From positions 320,001-384,000 of the forward strand of contig CAXXLZ010000002.1 of assembly GCA_963675595.2 (NCBI GenBank): a stretch of DNA of 64,000 bases. The letters are read 5' to 3'. Source of the DNA: Thermodesulfobacteriota bacterium (GTDB taxonomy: Bacteria > Desulfobacterota > Desulfarculia > JACQYL01). The first letter of the stretch is position 1; the number at the start of each line of letters is the position of its first letter. The notes under the pieces are model-generated. The model made no database searches. It was not told the DNA's origin and worked only from the letters and a program-made list of their open reading frames with translations. Positions 40,170 through 50,741 of the stretch are shown one piece after another. A program made the position numbers and the translations under genes.

Positions 40170-41549
40170 ATGACGGATCATGAGAAGCGAGAGGTAGTCC
40201 GAGCCCAGCTGAAGAAGGAAGGCATCGAGTTTATCCTCGCCCAGTTCGTGGACATCCACGGCGGGCCCAAAGTGAAACAGGTTCCCGTGGAATGCTTCGA
40301 CGACATTCTTGACGGCGGAGCGGGCTTTGCCGGCGCCGCGGTTTGGGGCGTGGGCCAGGGACCCGAAAGCCACGATCTCATGGCGAGAGCCGACATCGAA
40401 ACCTTCAAGCAACTCCCCTGGAGACCCAACGTCGCCATCGTCAATTGCGATCTCTTCGTCGATGATCAGCCTTGGGGGTTCTGTCCCAGAACCAACCTCA
40501 AGCGGATGTTGGACGTCTTTGCGAAGGAAGGCTACCTCTATAACGGCGGGTTCGAGCCCGAGCATTTCCTCGTGATGCGCAATCCCGACGGTTCCATCCG
40601 GGCTTGGGACCCTCTGGGAATCGACACACTGGCCAAACCTTGCTACGACTTCAGGGGCATGTGCCAGGCCATGGACTACCTGCAGGACATTATCCGCTAC
40701 GGCAATCAGTTGGGGTTTGAAATTTATCAGAGCGATCATGAGGACGCCAACGGCCAGTACGAGGTCAACTTCGGGTGGACGGACATCCTTCACGCCGCGG
40801 ACCGGTTGGTGCTGTTCCGGATGTTGGCCGGACAGATGGCCGTGAAATACGGCGCCACATGCACTTTCATGGCCAAGCCCTTCGCCGACAAGACGGGCTC
40901 CGCCGCGCATCTGCACTTCCATGTGGCCGACGTCAACACGGGCGCCAACCTCTTCCCCATGAAGCCCGGCGAAAAAGACTGGAAAGGCATGGGTCTTTCC
41001 AAGACCGCAATCCACTTCGTGGGTGGTCTGCTCAAGCATATCCGGGCCATCACGGCTGTTTCATCACCCCTAATCAACTGCTACCGCCGGATTCAGAGCG
41101 GCGAATTCGTTTACTCCTCCACCTCCGGTCACACCTGGACGCCCTCCATGGCCTCTTACGGGGACAACAACCGGACTCAGCTCTACCGCGGACCGGACGA
41201 CAAACGTTTCGAAGACCGCTCTCCCTCCGCAATGGTCAATCCGTACCTCCTGGGCGCGGTGCACATCGCGGCGGGTCTGGACGGAATCAAGAACGAAATC
41301 GATCCGGGCGACCCCATCATCTCCGAGAACGTGTGGAACCTGAGCATCGAACAGCGGAAGCAACGCGGCATGATCCTTCTTCCCCAAAACCTCTTGGAAG
41401 CCGTCGAGGAACTGGAAAAGGACGAGGTGGTGTGTTCCGCTCTGGGCCCCATTGCCGACGAGTACATCAAGCTGAAAAAGGGCGAGTGGGGAGCCTTTAT
41501 GAAGCACGTCACCCGGTGGGAAACCGATCGTTACCTGACCTTCATCTAA
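40170..41549 (+). CDS. glnT: Type III glutamine synthetase-like / gamma-glutamylmethylamide synthetase (GmaS)
   Basis: GAGFAG, KPCYD, YQSDHEDANGQYEVNF, TFMAKPF, NNRTQ, NPYL. Confidence 0.85.
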   Translation: MTDHEKREVVRAQLKKEGIEFILAQFVDIHGGPKVKQVPVECFDDILDGGAGFAGAAVWGVGQGPESHDLMARADIETFKQLPWRPNVAIVNCDLFVDDQPWGFCPRTNLKRMLDVFAKEGYLYNGGFEPEHFLVMRNPDGSIRAWDPLGIDTLAKPCYDFRGMCQAMDYLQDIIRYGNQLGFEIYQSDHEDANGQYEVNFGWTDILHAADRLVLFRMLAGQMAVKYGATCTFMAKPFADKTGSAAHLHFHVADVNTGANLFPMKPGEKDWKGMGLSKTAIHFVGGLLKHIRAITAVSSPLINCYRRIQSGEFVYSSTSGHTWTPSMASYGDNNRTQLYRGPDDKRFEDRSPSAMVNPYLLGAVHIAAGLDGIKNEIDPGDPIISENVWNLSIEQRKQRGMILLPQNLLEAVEELEKDEVVCSALGPIADEYIKLKKGEWGAFMKHVTRWETDRYLTFI

Positions 41550-41565
41550 GCCGTCCGCATTAAAG

Positions 41566-41607
41566 AAAACAGGGGGAACCTTTTGGCAAGGTTCCCCCTG
41601 TTTTTTT
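41566..41607. terminator. Bidirectional intrinsic terminator
   Basis: aaaacagggggaacctt / aaggttccccctgtttt stem between convergent genes. Confidence 0.8.
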
Positions 41608-41647
41608 CGGCCGCCCGTGCACAACGGGGCGGCTCAATCAACCGGTC

Positions 41648-43144
41648 TTACGCCGAGGCCTTGCACACCGCCTCGATGGCCGCGGCCATGGCCTCATCCT
41701 CACGACGGATGTCGTCCAGGGTCTTGGCCAACACTTCCTTCGGTCTTTCTTCCAGGCCGTATTTCCACTTGAGGAACTTCTCTCCGGTGGTGGGATACAA
41801 GGCCACGATCAGAAGATCGTAGTCGTCCTTGGCCAAGTCTTTGTATTTTTCCCGGATACCGTCCAGTTCGGGGTCCAGGTAGTCGGCCGCACGGCCGGTC
41901 ACCGGCTCCTGACCTCGCTTGTACCCTTTCAGCACGATCTTCTGCACTTCGGGATCGATGGCCGTGGGGGTCTTGCCGTACAACCCAAACACCAAGTCCT
42001 TCACCTGATTGGTAACCATCTTGTATTTGCCGAACAGCACGTTGAGCACGGCCTGCACGCCCACGATCTGAGACGTGGGGGTGACCAAGGGCGGCGTCCC
42101 CAATTCCTTGCGCGTCTTGGGCACTTCCGCGTAAACCTCGTCGATCCTGTGCAGGGCTTTGGCTTCCTTGAGCTGGCCCACGAGATTCGAGATCATGCCT
42201 CCGGGCACCTGGTGCACCAGCACGCCCGTATCGATGATGGACATCTTGTGTTTGGACAGGTAGTCCCGGTACTTGGGCGCCACGGATTCCATGTGTTCGC
42301 CCATCTCGAGCAGCGCATTGAGATCCAACCCAGTGTCACGGTCCGTGCCGGCCAGAGTGGCCACGATGGGTTCCACTGCGGGCTGGGAGGTACGCAGCGC
42401 GAAAGGCGCCAGGCAGGTGTCCACAATGTCCACGCCCGCCTGAATGGCCTCAAGGTACGCCATGGAAGCCATGCCGCTGGTGTAATGCGTATGCAGATGG
42501 ATGGGAATGGTGATGGTCTTTTTCAACTCGGTAACCAGCCGCCGGATGTCCAGAGGAGCCATGATGCCCGCCATGTCCTTGATGCACAGCGTGTCCGCTC
42601 CCATGTCCTGAAGCTCTTTGGCTTTGGTCAGGTAGTATTCCATGTTGAACACATCGCCGCCCATGCGGCGTTCGGTGAGGGAATAGCAGATCACCGCTTC
42701 GAAGGTCTTTCCATTGGCCTTGACCCGCTCCACCGCGGTTTCAAAGTTCCGGAAGTCGTTCAGGGCGTCGAACACCCGAAATACGTCGATTCCCACTTCG
42801 GCGGCCTTGTCCACGAACAGCCTTACCACGTCGTCCGCGTAGTTCCGGTAACCCACCAGATTCTGTCCGCGGAGCAGCATGGAAAACGGGGTCTTTTTGA
42901 TGTACTGCTTGAGGGTCTTGACCCGCTCGAACGGATCCTCGCCCAGGAAGCGATGCATGGTATCAAAGGTGGCTCCGCCCCAAACTTCCATGGCCCAGAA
43001 GCCCATGTCGTCCATGCGTTCCGCGATGGGCAGCATATCCTCGGTTCTCATGCGCGTGGCCAACAAAGATTGGTGGCCGTCCCTGAAAGTATTATCTTGG
43101 ATCTTAAGGGGATTCTTGGGTCCCCCTTCCATGAATTCGTTCAT
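41648..43144 (-). CDS. Carboxyltransferase subunit (pyruvate carboxylase B / oxaloacetate decarboxylase alpha / transcarboxylase 5S family), no biotin domain
   Basis: RDGHQSLLATRM, EVWGGATFD, MLLRGQNLVGY, KDMAG, HLHTH, PLVTPTSQIVG. Confidence 0.9.
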   Translation of the reverse strand: MNEFMEGGPKNPLKIQDNTFRDGHQSLLATRMRTEDMLPIAERMDDMGFWAMEVWGGATFDTMHRFLGEDPFERVKTLKQYIKKTPFSMLLRGQNLVGYRNYADDVVRLFVDKAAEVGIDVFRVFDALNDFRNFETAVERVKANGKTFEAVICYSLTERRMGGDVFNMEYYLTKAKELQDMGADTLCIKDMAGIMAPLDIRRLVTELKKTITIPIHLHTHYTSGMASMAYLEAIQAGVDIVDTCLAPFALRTSQPAVEPIVATLAGTDRDTGLDLNALLEMGEHMESVAPKYRDYLSKHKMSIIDTGVLVHQVPGGMISNLVGQLKEAKALHRIDEVYAEVPKTRKELGTPPLVTPTSQIVGVQAVLNVLFGKYKMVTNQVKDLVFGLYGKTPTAIDPEVQKIVLKGYKRGQEPVTGRAADYLDPELDGIREKYKDLAKDDYDLLIVALYPTTGEKFLKWKYGLEERPKEVLAKTLDDIRREDEAMAAAIEAVCKASA

Positions 43145-43172
43145 AAGTTTCCTCCATCATTGGTGGTTGTAT

Positions 43173-44090
43173 TCATCGACTGCGCCTCCCCCAGTGGTAA
43201 CGGTCGGCGATATGTTTAATCCGGGCGTTCAGGTTCAGTAAATAAGCGGCCTCCATTTGCTTGGGACCGGGCAAAGGATCATATTCCTCCTCCTTTACCA
43301 TTGCCGCCACACGGGCAGTGTCTCCATCCTCTGCGAGAAGCAGTTCCTCGAGTCGCGCGCGAAACGTCTTTGCGGAAGCAATGGATCGCGCGAGATAACT
43401 CGACGCGTCCTCGTCCACATGAACGAAAAGATGTCCCTGGCAGCAGATGTCCACTTCCAGGGCGGACAGTCTCTTCAGCGAATCGAGATAAGCGTCGAAA
43501 TCGACGAGGAACTCCGTAAAGATATGGCCCGACATGTCCGCACAGCCGACGGCCTCCGACGCCACCAGTATTTTCCTTTCCGGCACGTAGTAGCTCAGAA
43601 AGTCCCATGTGTGTCCCGGGGTCTCCAGGACCTCTACGGTGACGTTTTCCCCGACGGGAATTCTTCGACCTTCCGACAGGATCATGTCTATGTCGAAAGT
43701 CTCGAAAAGTTCGGAAGTAAGCCGGTCTTTGCTTACCCCCAATTCCATTGAAGCCGCCTGGATATTCAGGTCCCGGATCAACCTGATTGCATTGGGCCTT
43801 TTCAGAATCTCCGCGGCCCTTGCGGACGCGGCGATTTTGAGGCTCGGAAAAACGTTCTTAAGGTGTGCCGCCGCGCCGCAGTGATCGAAATGAGCATGCG
43901 TCAGCACGAGAATTTCAGGGGGGCGATCGCTCAATACCTCCCGAATCGCCTCCTCGTATATTCGGCCGAGACAAGTGAAACCCGCATCGAAGAGCACCGG
44001 GTGATCTCCGTCCAACAGATAGACGGGTACCCCGGGGACTCCCAAAGCGTAAAAGTCACCCCGGACACGTCCTGTCCTTTGAAAAACCAA
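43173..44090 (-). CDS. MBL-fold metallo-hydrolase
   Basis: THAHFDHCG, TPGHT, CQGH. Confidence 0.88.
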   Translation of the reverse strand: MVFQRTGRVRGDFYALGVPGVPVYLLDGDHPVLFDAGFTCLGRIYEEAIREVLSDRPPEILVLTHAHFDHCGAAAHLKNVFPSLKIAASARAAEILKRPNAIRLIRDLNIQAASMELGVSKDRLTSELFETFDIDMILSEGRRIPVGENVTVEVLETPGHTWDFLSYYVPERKILVASEAVGCADMSGHIFTEFLVDFDAYLDSLKRLSALEVDICCQGHLFVHVDEDASSYLARSIASAKTFRARLEELLLAEDGDTARVAAMVKEEEYDPLPGPKQMEAAYLLNLNARIKHIADRYHWGRRSR

Positions 44091-44460
44091 TCTTTGCTCC
44101 CGGGCGAAATCCTATACTACGGAAGGGAGTACTACGGTGTTCTGAGGCGCCGTATCTTCACGGCATTCCGTCAAAACCGGATCCCAACTCTGGTTCACCA
44201 AGTACCGGACCGCAGAATACTCTCCAAACCCGCCCACTGTCAACTCGAACAGGAATGTCACGAATACGCGGAGTGCGGGTCCGGGTTCAGGTCCGTGAAC
44301 CATGACGCCCGATCTCAGGCCCTCCTCGGAACCTCGTTTCCTTCGAAACAGGCAGGTCACATGGCCACCGGGATGGATAGAAAGAAAGCCGGGCAACGTT
44401 CCGCAAGTATTGTCGCTTTTTTCTAAAGAAATAACAAATACGATGAATTTGTGTTAAGCT

Positions 44461-45564
44461 ATGATTCAATATCGCATTCAACAGGCGAGTTGCTCCTTCG
44501 GAAGCGGGATATTGGGAGAACAAATGCGGAATTGCGACGAACCTCATATTCAAGTGTTCATGGACCAGAACAACAAGTGCAACCTAACATGTCGCATGTG
44601 CGGTTTCAGCGACCCGAGGGTCAAGGAACTTCCCAAATACGACATGCCCATGGAGCTGTTCCGAAAGATCGCCGAAGAAGTGTTTCCGCACGCGGAATAC
44701 CTGGCGCTGTCCTGCCTCACGGAACCCCTGATGACCCGGGACTTTCCCCGACGATTGGATTTGCTGGGTCAGTTCAACGTGCCCTTCGTGGAAGTCGTCA
44801 CCAACGCGATGCTCCTCACGGAAACCGTGGCGCACGCCGTCATCGACGCTCCCGTCTCCCGGCCGGCGGTTTCGTTGGACGGGGCTTCGGCCGGCGTTTA
44901 CGAGAAAATTCGCTGCGGATCCAGTTTTGAAAAAGTCCTTTCCAACCTCCGCACCTTCAACCGATTGAAATCCCGGTGGGGGAACGGGCATCCTCAACTG
45001 CGCCTCAACCACGTGCTCACCGAGTTCAACATCCGTGAGTTCGGGGCATTCCTTCAATTGGCCGAGTCGTTGGGGGTCCAATGTATCGACGTCCGCACCG
45101 TGATCCCTTTTCACAACGCCGCCTACCCTGGAAACGGCGACCAAGCCTTCTTCCGGGAAGTCCGCAAATGCCGTGCGCTTCTGGCCCATTGGGTCCAGAA
45201 GACCGGTGTGGAAGACGTTGGGTATCTTAGAGAGCGGCCCGAAGAAATCCGTCCGGAAGATGAGGCCGGGCAAGAACTCACCTGCCGTCAGCCCTGGAAA
45301 TCCCTGGCCATCCATCCCAACGGCGACGCCCAACCCTGCATCACCTGGTCTCGGGCTCCCCTGGGAAACTTCTGTCTGCAAACATTCGAGGAAATCTGGG
45401 AAGGAGAAGCCCTGAAGCAGATCCGCCGTGAATTCGAACTGCGCAAACCCGGACCGAATTGCCTTCACTGCACCGTCCGAAAAAACGAACCGTCGGACCG
45501 GGACGATGATTGCTTTTTCAGGATGTTGTCAAAGCGTCTTCCCAAAGACTGCACATCACACTGA
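44461..45564 (+). CDS. Radical SAM/SPASM-domain protein
   Basis: CNLTCRMC; C..PW.S..I.PNG...PC, LGN, C..C; start may be 44524. Confidence 0.85.
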   Translation: MIQYRIQQASCSFGSGILGEQMRNCDEPHIQVFMDQNNKCNLTCRMCGFSDPRVKELPKYDMPMELFRKIAEEVFPHAEYLALSCLTEPLMTRDFPRRLDLLGQFNVPFVEVVTNAMLLTETVAHAVIDAPVSRPAVSLDGASAGVYEKIRCGSSFEKVLSNLRTFNRLKSRWGNGHPQLRLNHVLTEFNIREFGAFLQLAESLGVQCIDVRTVIPFHNAAYPGNGDQAFFREVRKCRALLAHWVQKTGVEDVGYLRERPEEIRPEDEAGQELTCRQPWKSLAIHPNGDAQPCITWSRAPLGNFCLQTFEEIWEGEALKQIRREFELRKPGPNCLHCTVRKNEPSDRDDDCFFRMLSKRLPKDCTSH

Positions 45565-45859
45565 CTCCGAAATGAAGGCCTCGATCCGACGCCGTTTCGG
45601 GCTCGGAACGACGAGCAACATTCTCACCCGCCGCATCGGAACCCCAAGAGCGCGGAAATGGAGCGTCTCCGTACACGGGTTATCCTGCGGGGCCGTCGGA
45701 AGACCGGGCCGGTTTCATTCAAGACACCAATGCTCCTCTTGAACCCGATGTCCTACATGCTATGATCAGCCGATAAGAGATCGATTTTGCATTTACCATC
45801 GGCGCATTCATCATAATCCGCCGACGGGGAGTCCCATCCTTACGCGAAATGGAAGCTCC

Positions 45860-46954
45860 ATGCGATCCTCGACTAAGTTGTCGATCCTTTTAGGAATGCT
45901 TTTCGCGTTCCACTGGACTACGACCGGCGCTGAAATCTTCTCCGGCATCTGGAAACCGGCCGATCAAAGCTACAACTTCTACATCCAATCCTATGACACG
46001 GGTTCCACGCTCATCATCGCGTCGGACGGTGCCGACGGATGGTATGTGTTCCTCTATCCGGAAGGGACGGAAAACACCACATTGCCCGAACTGCTGGGCA
46101 GGAATGCTTCACTCGCCATACGCTTCCTCTCCGATGTGCAGGCATCGGCGATCCTCACCGTCGGCGGCATGCCGACGGCCTACGACATCGAGAAGACCTT
46201 CACCGGAGATTGTCGTTCGGCGGGGGACTATGAGAAGCCGTCGGTACTCTTCTTCGCCGCCCATCCCGACGATGAACTCCTTATTGCCCCCTATTTGGGC
46301 AAGCTTTGCGTGGAGGATCGAATGTCCTGCACGTTCGCCGTGCTGAGCCGGGGAGAAAGCGGCCCTTGTCGCCTTGAACAGGGCTGCCTTCCGGACGTGG
46401 GGACCGTCCGAAGTCTGGAACTGATGAATTCGGCGCGCGTGTTCAATGCGGAACTGATCCACTGGGACTTGGGGAATCCTCCGGAAGAGTCTCCCGAAAC
46501 CACCCTGGACTATTGGGCGGCCCGAGCCGGGGACCGGGATTCATTGGAATCTCTGGTGGCCCACGTCCTGAGGATCACGGACCCGGAACTCATCATTACT
46601 TTTGATCCGAGCCACGGCTCCACGGGCCATCCGGACCATCGAGCGGCCGCCATGCTCCTGTTGGACGTTCTCGAAGACATGGACCAAATGCAGCCCAAGG
46701 TACTCTTTATCGAGACGGCCATTCGCGGCGGGCTGGACCACACATTCAGAGGTTTTGAGCAAGCGCCGTCTCAAGGGGACTGCATCAGCTTCGACGCGAC
46801 CCAACAGCTGCAAAGCATCGCCGGCGAGGCATGGGACTACGAATCCCTGTGTGCGGCGCAATACCCCAGCCAGATCGACGAGGAATTGTACCAAGCCATC
46901 GTGGACACGCCGGATGATGGAAAGACGTTCTATTTTCTCGAGTACCGGGATTAG
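45860..46954 (+). CDS. Exported PIG-L family deacetylase with extra N-terminal domain
   Basis: Signal peptide; AHPDDE and GHPDH motifs. Confidence 0.8.
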   Translation: MRSSTKLSILLGMLFAFHWTTTGAEIFSGIWKPADQSYNFYIQSYDTGSTLIIASDGADGWYVFLYPEGTENTTLPELLGRNASLAIRFLSDVQASAILTVGGMPTAYDIEKTFTGDCRSAGDYEKPSVLFFAAHPDDELLIAPYLGKLCVEDRMSCTFAVLSRGESGPCRLEQGCLPDVGTVRSLELMNSARVFNAELIHWDLGNPPEESPETTLDYWAARAGDRDSLESLVAHVLRITDPELIITFDPSHGSTGHPDHRAAAMLLLDVLEDMDQMQPKVLFIETAIRGGLDHTFRGFEQAPSQGDCISFDATQQLQSIAGEAWDYESLCAAQYPSQIDEELYQAIVDTPDDGKTFYFLEYRD

Positions 46955-47118
46955 GTGCGTGCCTTGCGGTCTTTTTTCATATTCATTTTCAGGACCGCCG
47001 GAGGACCCATGTTCCCCCGTACCCCCTTGATGCGGGCTTCGTCGCGCTGAAGCGTGACGAAACCGAAGCAGGGAATTTCTTTGCCGATTCGGCAGAGGAA
47101 AGAAACGCTGGAAATCAG

Positions 47119-47235
47119 TGAGGAAAGCTGTTCCTTCCTCGGCCTCTCCGCCAAAGGCGGTGAGGCCTGCTTGAAACGTTTACAGGGGGGCGCACGGGGG
47201 GAATTTTTTCAAAAATTCCCCCCGTGAATGATTGC
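47119..47235 (+). repeat. Family A repeat
   Basis: Nearly identical to 16494-16611; ends gtgaatgattgc. Confidence 0.85.
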
Positions 47236-47252
47236 CTCTTTTCCGCTTTGCT

Positions 47253-47930
47253 TCACCCGCGGTACCAGCGAGCGAGAAGCGCGGGGTCGGCGCCCAGCAG
47301 GTAGGCCAGTATGATCCGCTGGTTCAACAGGGTGGTGCGGAAGACTCCCAGGCGCAGCCAACGCCGAGCGGAAGTGCGCACCTGCGCGGGAAGAGTCACC
47401 ACTCGCCCTTCCCGTTTCAGTCTTCGCGCCAGTTCGAAATCCTCCATCAAAGCCTGAACCGGAAAGCCGCCCAAACGCCTGAAGGTTTCCGCACGTAGAA
47501 AAATCCCCTGGTCCCCATAGGGCATCCGCATCAAGGTGCTTCTCAGGTTCGTCATGAATTCCACGGCCCGGAACCGGGCCCCCCGGGCTTCGATACGCAA
47601 GCGAAAGGCCCCGGCGACGACTCCCGGACGGGCCGCCGTGGACCGGATCATGTGTTCGAACCCCACGGGCGGCAAAGTGTCCGCGTGCAGGAACAGCAGC
47701 GTGCGTCCCGAGGCCTCCGAGGCGCCCCGGTTCATCTGTAGGGCCTTTCCCCGTGGGCAACGGACCACGCGCACGCCCGAGTTTAGGGCGATCTCCACGG
47801 TCCGGTCCCGGCTTCCTCCATCCGCCACGACGACTTCCACGTCGGGCGTGCGCGGCAAACGCGCCAGAGTACGCCCCAAACAGGCTTCCTCGTTCAAGGT
47901 CGGTATGATGACGGAGAGTGTATTGTTCAC
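47253..47930 (-). CDS. GT2 glycosyltransferase, TIGR04283-like
   Basis: SVIIPTLNEE, DGGS.D.T, QMN.GA, FLHADT, PYGDQG, LMEDFE, TSARRW. Confidence 0.85.
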   Translation of the reverse strand: MNNTLSVIIPTLNEEACLGRTLARLPRTPDVEVVVADGGSRDRTVEIALNSGVRVVRCPRGKALQMNRGASEASGRTLLFLHADTLPPVGFEHMIRSTAARPGVVAGAFRLRIEARGARFRAVEFMTNLRSTLMRMPYGDQGIFLRAETFRRLGGFPVQALMEDFELARRLKREGRVVTLPAQVRTSARRWLRLGVFRTTLLNQRIILAYLLGADPALLARWYRG

Positions 47931-48053
47931 AGGTTGTCGGAAAGACGGCGATGTAGACCGTGACGGTGGAACTGCCCATGCCTGAACAGAAGCGACATGT
48001 TCAGGTCCGCCGGTTCGGTGGCTGGGAGAAGGTATGTACCCCGGCAGGTTCTC

Positions 48054-50741
48054 TCATGTCCCTTCTTTGTATTTCCTGAATCCGTCCATCAGCTCCTTGA
48101 ACGATTTGGGCCGATATTGCCGGAATCCTGCATCGTCCACAAAAACATAATCATACACCACTTTCGACTGCGCCCGATTGACGTCTTCGCACCAGTGCTT
48201 CAACCGCTCCATTTTCGGCGGAACGTCCAAGTCTTCTTGGCCCTTGGTTTCGACAATCACGACGCGTCCATCGGTGAGTCTCACAACAAAGTCGGGATAG
48301 TAGTTCGAGATGTCGCCGTGTGCATTGACATAATCGAGTTTGAAATTCACCATGAGGAAATTTTTCCCGTAGGACGCCACGTCGCCGCATTGCTCAAGGA
48401 AATGTGCGAAGTCCAGTTCGAAGCCGCTGTCGCCGATGATCCTGTTGAAAACGGATTTCTTCGGAGTCAGGTATCTTTGGTCCTTCACCATAAAGGGACG
48501 GGTCAGCCGAAGCTTGATGGTGTCCCGAATCTCCGCATCACCTTTGTCGCGCACGGTGAGTTGGTTGACGGCCCGCTTAAAGGTTTCGATGACGGTCTTC
48601 GTGGCAGCTAGTTCGGACAGGTTCCGCAGTGTGTTCGGCGATTCCAGGTCTACCGTTCTGCCGAAAAGCGCATCCCGGACGAAGGCCTTGATTTTGCCGT
48701 AAAGCACATCATAACCGCCGGCCAGTCGTAGTTCCTTCTTCACCGTCTGAGCGAAGTACCCGATGACGTTGCGGTAGTCGGCGACGCCGGCCCCATCGAG
48801 CAGCGTCGTGTGCGTTATTTCGCCCGTGGTGATATCCCTGAACACAATCTCCCGCTGTTGCTCCTCGCTGAATTGAAGGTAGAGCACCGTCTGAAAACTC
48901 ATCCTCCCGATATCGAGATCCGCCAGGTTCTTGAATTCCCGATAAACCCGCGGCGTCAGCACCGGAACCTCGATATCCAGCGCATTGATGTCCTTGTCTT
49001 TGCTTTCCTCATCGACCTCGATGACGAGCGGCGTCTTCGGCTTCGTTCCCTTGCCCATGGCCGCACGTTCCAGCTCAACGCCTTCGGCTTGAATCGACTC
49101 GACGAAATCCATGAAAGCATCCGTGCCGACCACGCTCACATACTCCTCGGTACCACCCGGATACATCTTGCGCAAACCTCGCCCCAAAGTCTGTTCCGGC
49201 AGCACATTGCTCCTCGCCGAATAGGCGCGCAGCCCGACGATCGTGGTTACGTTGCGCACGTCCCAACCTTCCTTCAGCATCAGCACCGACACGATGGCTT
49301 TGCACGGCCCGGCGGAGTCGTCGATCTCATTCGCCTGCCTGCGAAGCGTTTCCAACTCCTCCTTGGCCTTTCCGGAGGACGCTTCCGAAATTTCCCCGTT
49401 GTTCTTGGTGTGGATGGTCAGCACGCCATGCTTCAGATCGGGATACCGGTTCTCCAGATATTCGGCCACCTCATCGCAGTTCCGGGTGTCGTCCGTCATC
49501 ACGAACAGAACAGCCTTCTTGCCGAGCTTCTTGTGTTCCCGGTACGCCTTGCGCCACTCGATCACCCCCAGATCGAGGTAATCCTCGTACTTCTCGGTGA
49601 ACTTGGCGCTCTGTCGCTCGGCAAGCTTGGCACGGCTCGCCGCATCCGGCAGCACCGGATGCTTCACCACGTTTTGCCAGATCGCCTCCACCAGGGGATA
49701 GTCGGCCACGGTCTGCACAAAGATCGCCCCGTTGTTATGTTTGGGCGTCGCCGTCACATCCACCTGCAAACTCAAGCTTCCGCCTTTCTGCAACAGCCGA
49801 TTGTGAATATCTTCGATCGACTTGAACCAAGCCAGTCTGCCGTCGTGGATGTGGTGCGCCTCGTCGTTGAGCACCATCAGCTCTTGGATGTCCCGCACGA
49901 TCATTCCCAGGTCCACCTTGGAATCCGTCGTTCCCCCTGTGGGGCGCTTGCCGAGAAAATATTCCATCGTGTTTTCGTCATCGGGCGACGGAGGAACGTC
50001 TTCTCCGGAATAGACGCGGTGGATATTGGTCAGAAAGATGTTGCCCGTCGCTTGCGTCACCCGCACCTCGTCCTGCACGTGCAACGTCAGCCGAAAATCA
50101 TCCCGCCAGTTCCGCCCGTCATAGCCGTTCTCGGGAATGACCGGGTCTTCGAAAAAGATTCTCAATCCCTGAAAATCCTTATAGATACGATCCAGAACGA
50201 TAATGTTCGGGGTGATCACGAGAAAGTTCCGCGCCAAGTCGGATCCCGGCTCGTACAGTTTATGGTAGAAACTCCAGGCCAGCACCAAACTCATCACTTT
50301 GGTCTTGCCGCTGCCCGTCGCCATCTTGATCACATAGCGCCGCCAGCTTTCGTCGAACATCCCGGCCGACACCACGCCGCTCGCGTCAAACCGCATGAGG
50401 TCGTACTTGTCCTTCGCGCCTACCGCGTCATAAAGGTAGACAATGGTCTCCATCGCTTCCCGCTGTGCGAAGTAGTACTGGAAATCCACCATGGCGCCAT
50501 TCGCTTTGGGCAACAGGTGGGGCTCCTTGAACCACCATGCAAGGAGGCTTCGGCTCGTATCGCTCGCACTCGCATACCCCCCGTCCCGAAACTCTTTCAC
50601 CCGCCGTCTCAACTGCGCCACGAGCGGAGGCATCAGCTTTTCCATGCCGGATTCGCGCAGGGCTTCATCCGCGGGAAACCAGCGAATCGCCGGGTCCAAC
50701 ACCGTGTGCGGCGAGTGTGGAAAATCGGGATGCAGCGCCAT
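48054..50741 (-). CDS. res: Type III restriction endonuclease subunit (DEAH helicase plus PD-(D/E)xK nuclease)
   Basis: KMATGSGKT, NDEAHH, EGWDV, EQTLGRGLR, YPDF...IVETKG. Confidence 0.9.
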   Translation of the reverse strand: MALHPDFPHSPHTVLDPAIRWFPADEALRESGMEKLMPPLVAQLRRRVKEFRDGGYASASDTSRSLLAWWFKEPHLLPKANGAMVDFQYYFAQREAMETIVYLYDAVGAKDKYDLMRFDASGVVSAGMFDESWRRYVIKMATGSGKTKVMSLVLAWSFYHKLYEPGSDLARNFLVITPNIIVLDRIYKDFQGLRIFFEDPVIPENGYDGRNWRDDFRLTLHVQDEVRVTQATGNIFLTNIHRVYSGEDVPPSPDDENTMEYFLGKRPTGGTTDSKVDLGMIVRDIQELMVLNDEAHHIHDGRLAWFKSIEDIHNRLLQKGGSLSLQVDVTATPKHNNGAIFVQTVADYPLVEAIWQNVVKHPVLPDAASRAKLAERQSAKFTEKYEDYLDLGVIEWRKAYREHKKLGKKAVLFVMTDDTRNCDEVAEYLENRYPDLKHGVLTIHTKNNGEISEASSGKAKEELETLRRQANEIDDSAGPCKAIVSVLMLKEGWDVRNVTTIVGLRAYSARSNVLPEQTLGRGLRKMYPGGTEEYVSVVGTDAFMDFVESIQAEGVELERAAMGKGTKPKTPLVIEVDEESKDKDINALDIEVPVLTPRVYREFKNLADLDIGRMSFQTVLYLQFSEEQQREIVFRDITTGEITHTTLLDGAGVADYRNVIGYFAQTVKKELRLAGGYDVLYGKIKAFVRDALFGRTVDLESPNTLRNLSELAATKTVIETFKRAVNQLTVRDKGDAEIRDTIKLRLTRPFMVKDQRYLTPKKSVFNRIIGDSGFELDFAHFLEQCGDVASYGKNFLMVNFKLDYVNAHGDISNYYPDFVVRLTDGRVVIVETKGQEDLDVPPKMERLKHWCEDVNRAQSKVVYDYVFVDDAGFRQYRPKSFKELMDGFRKYKEGT

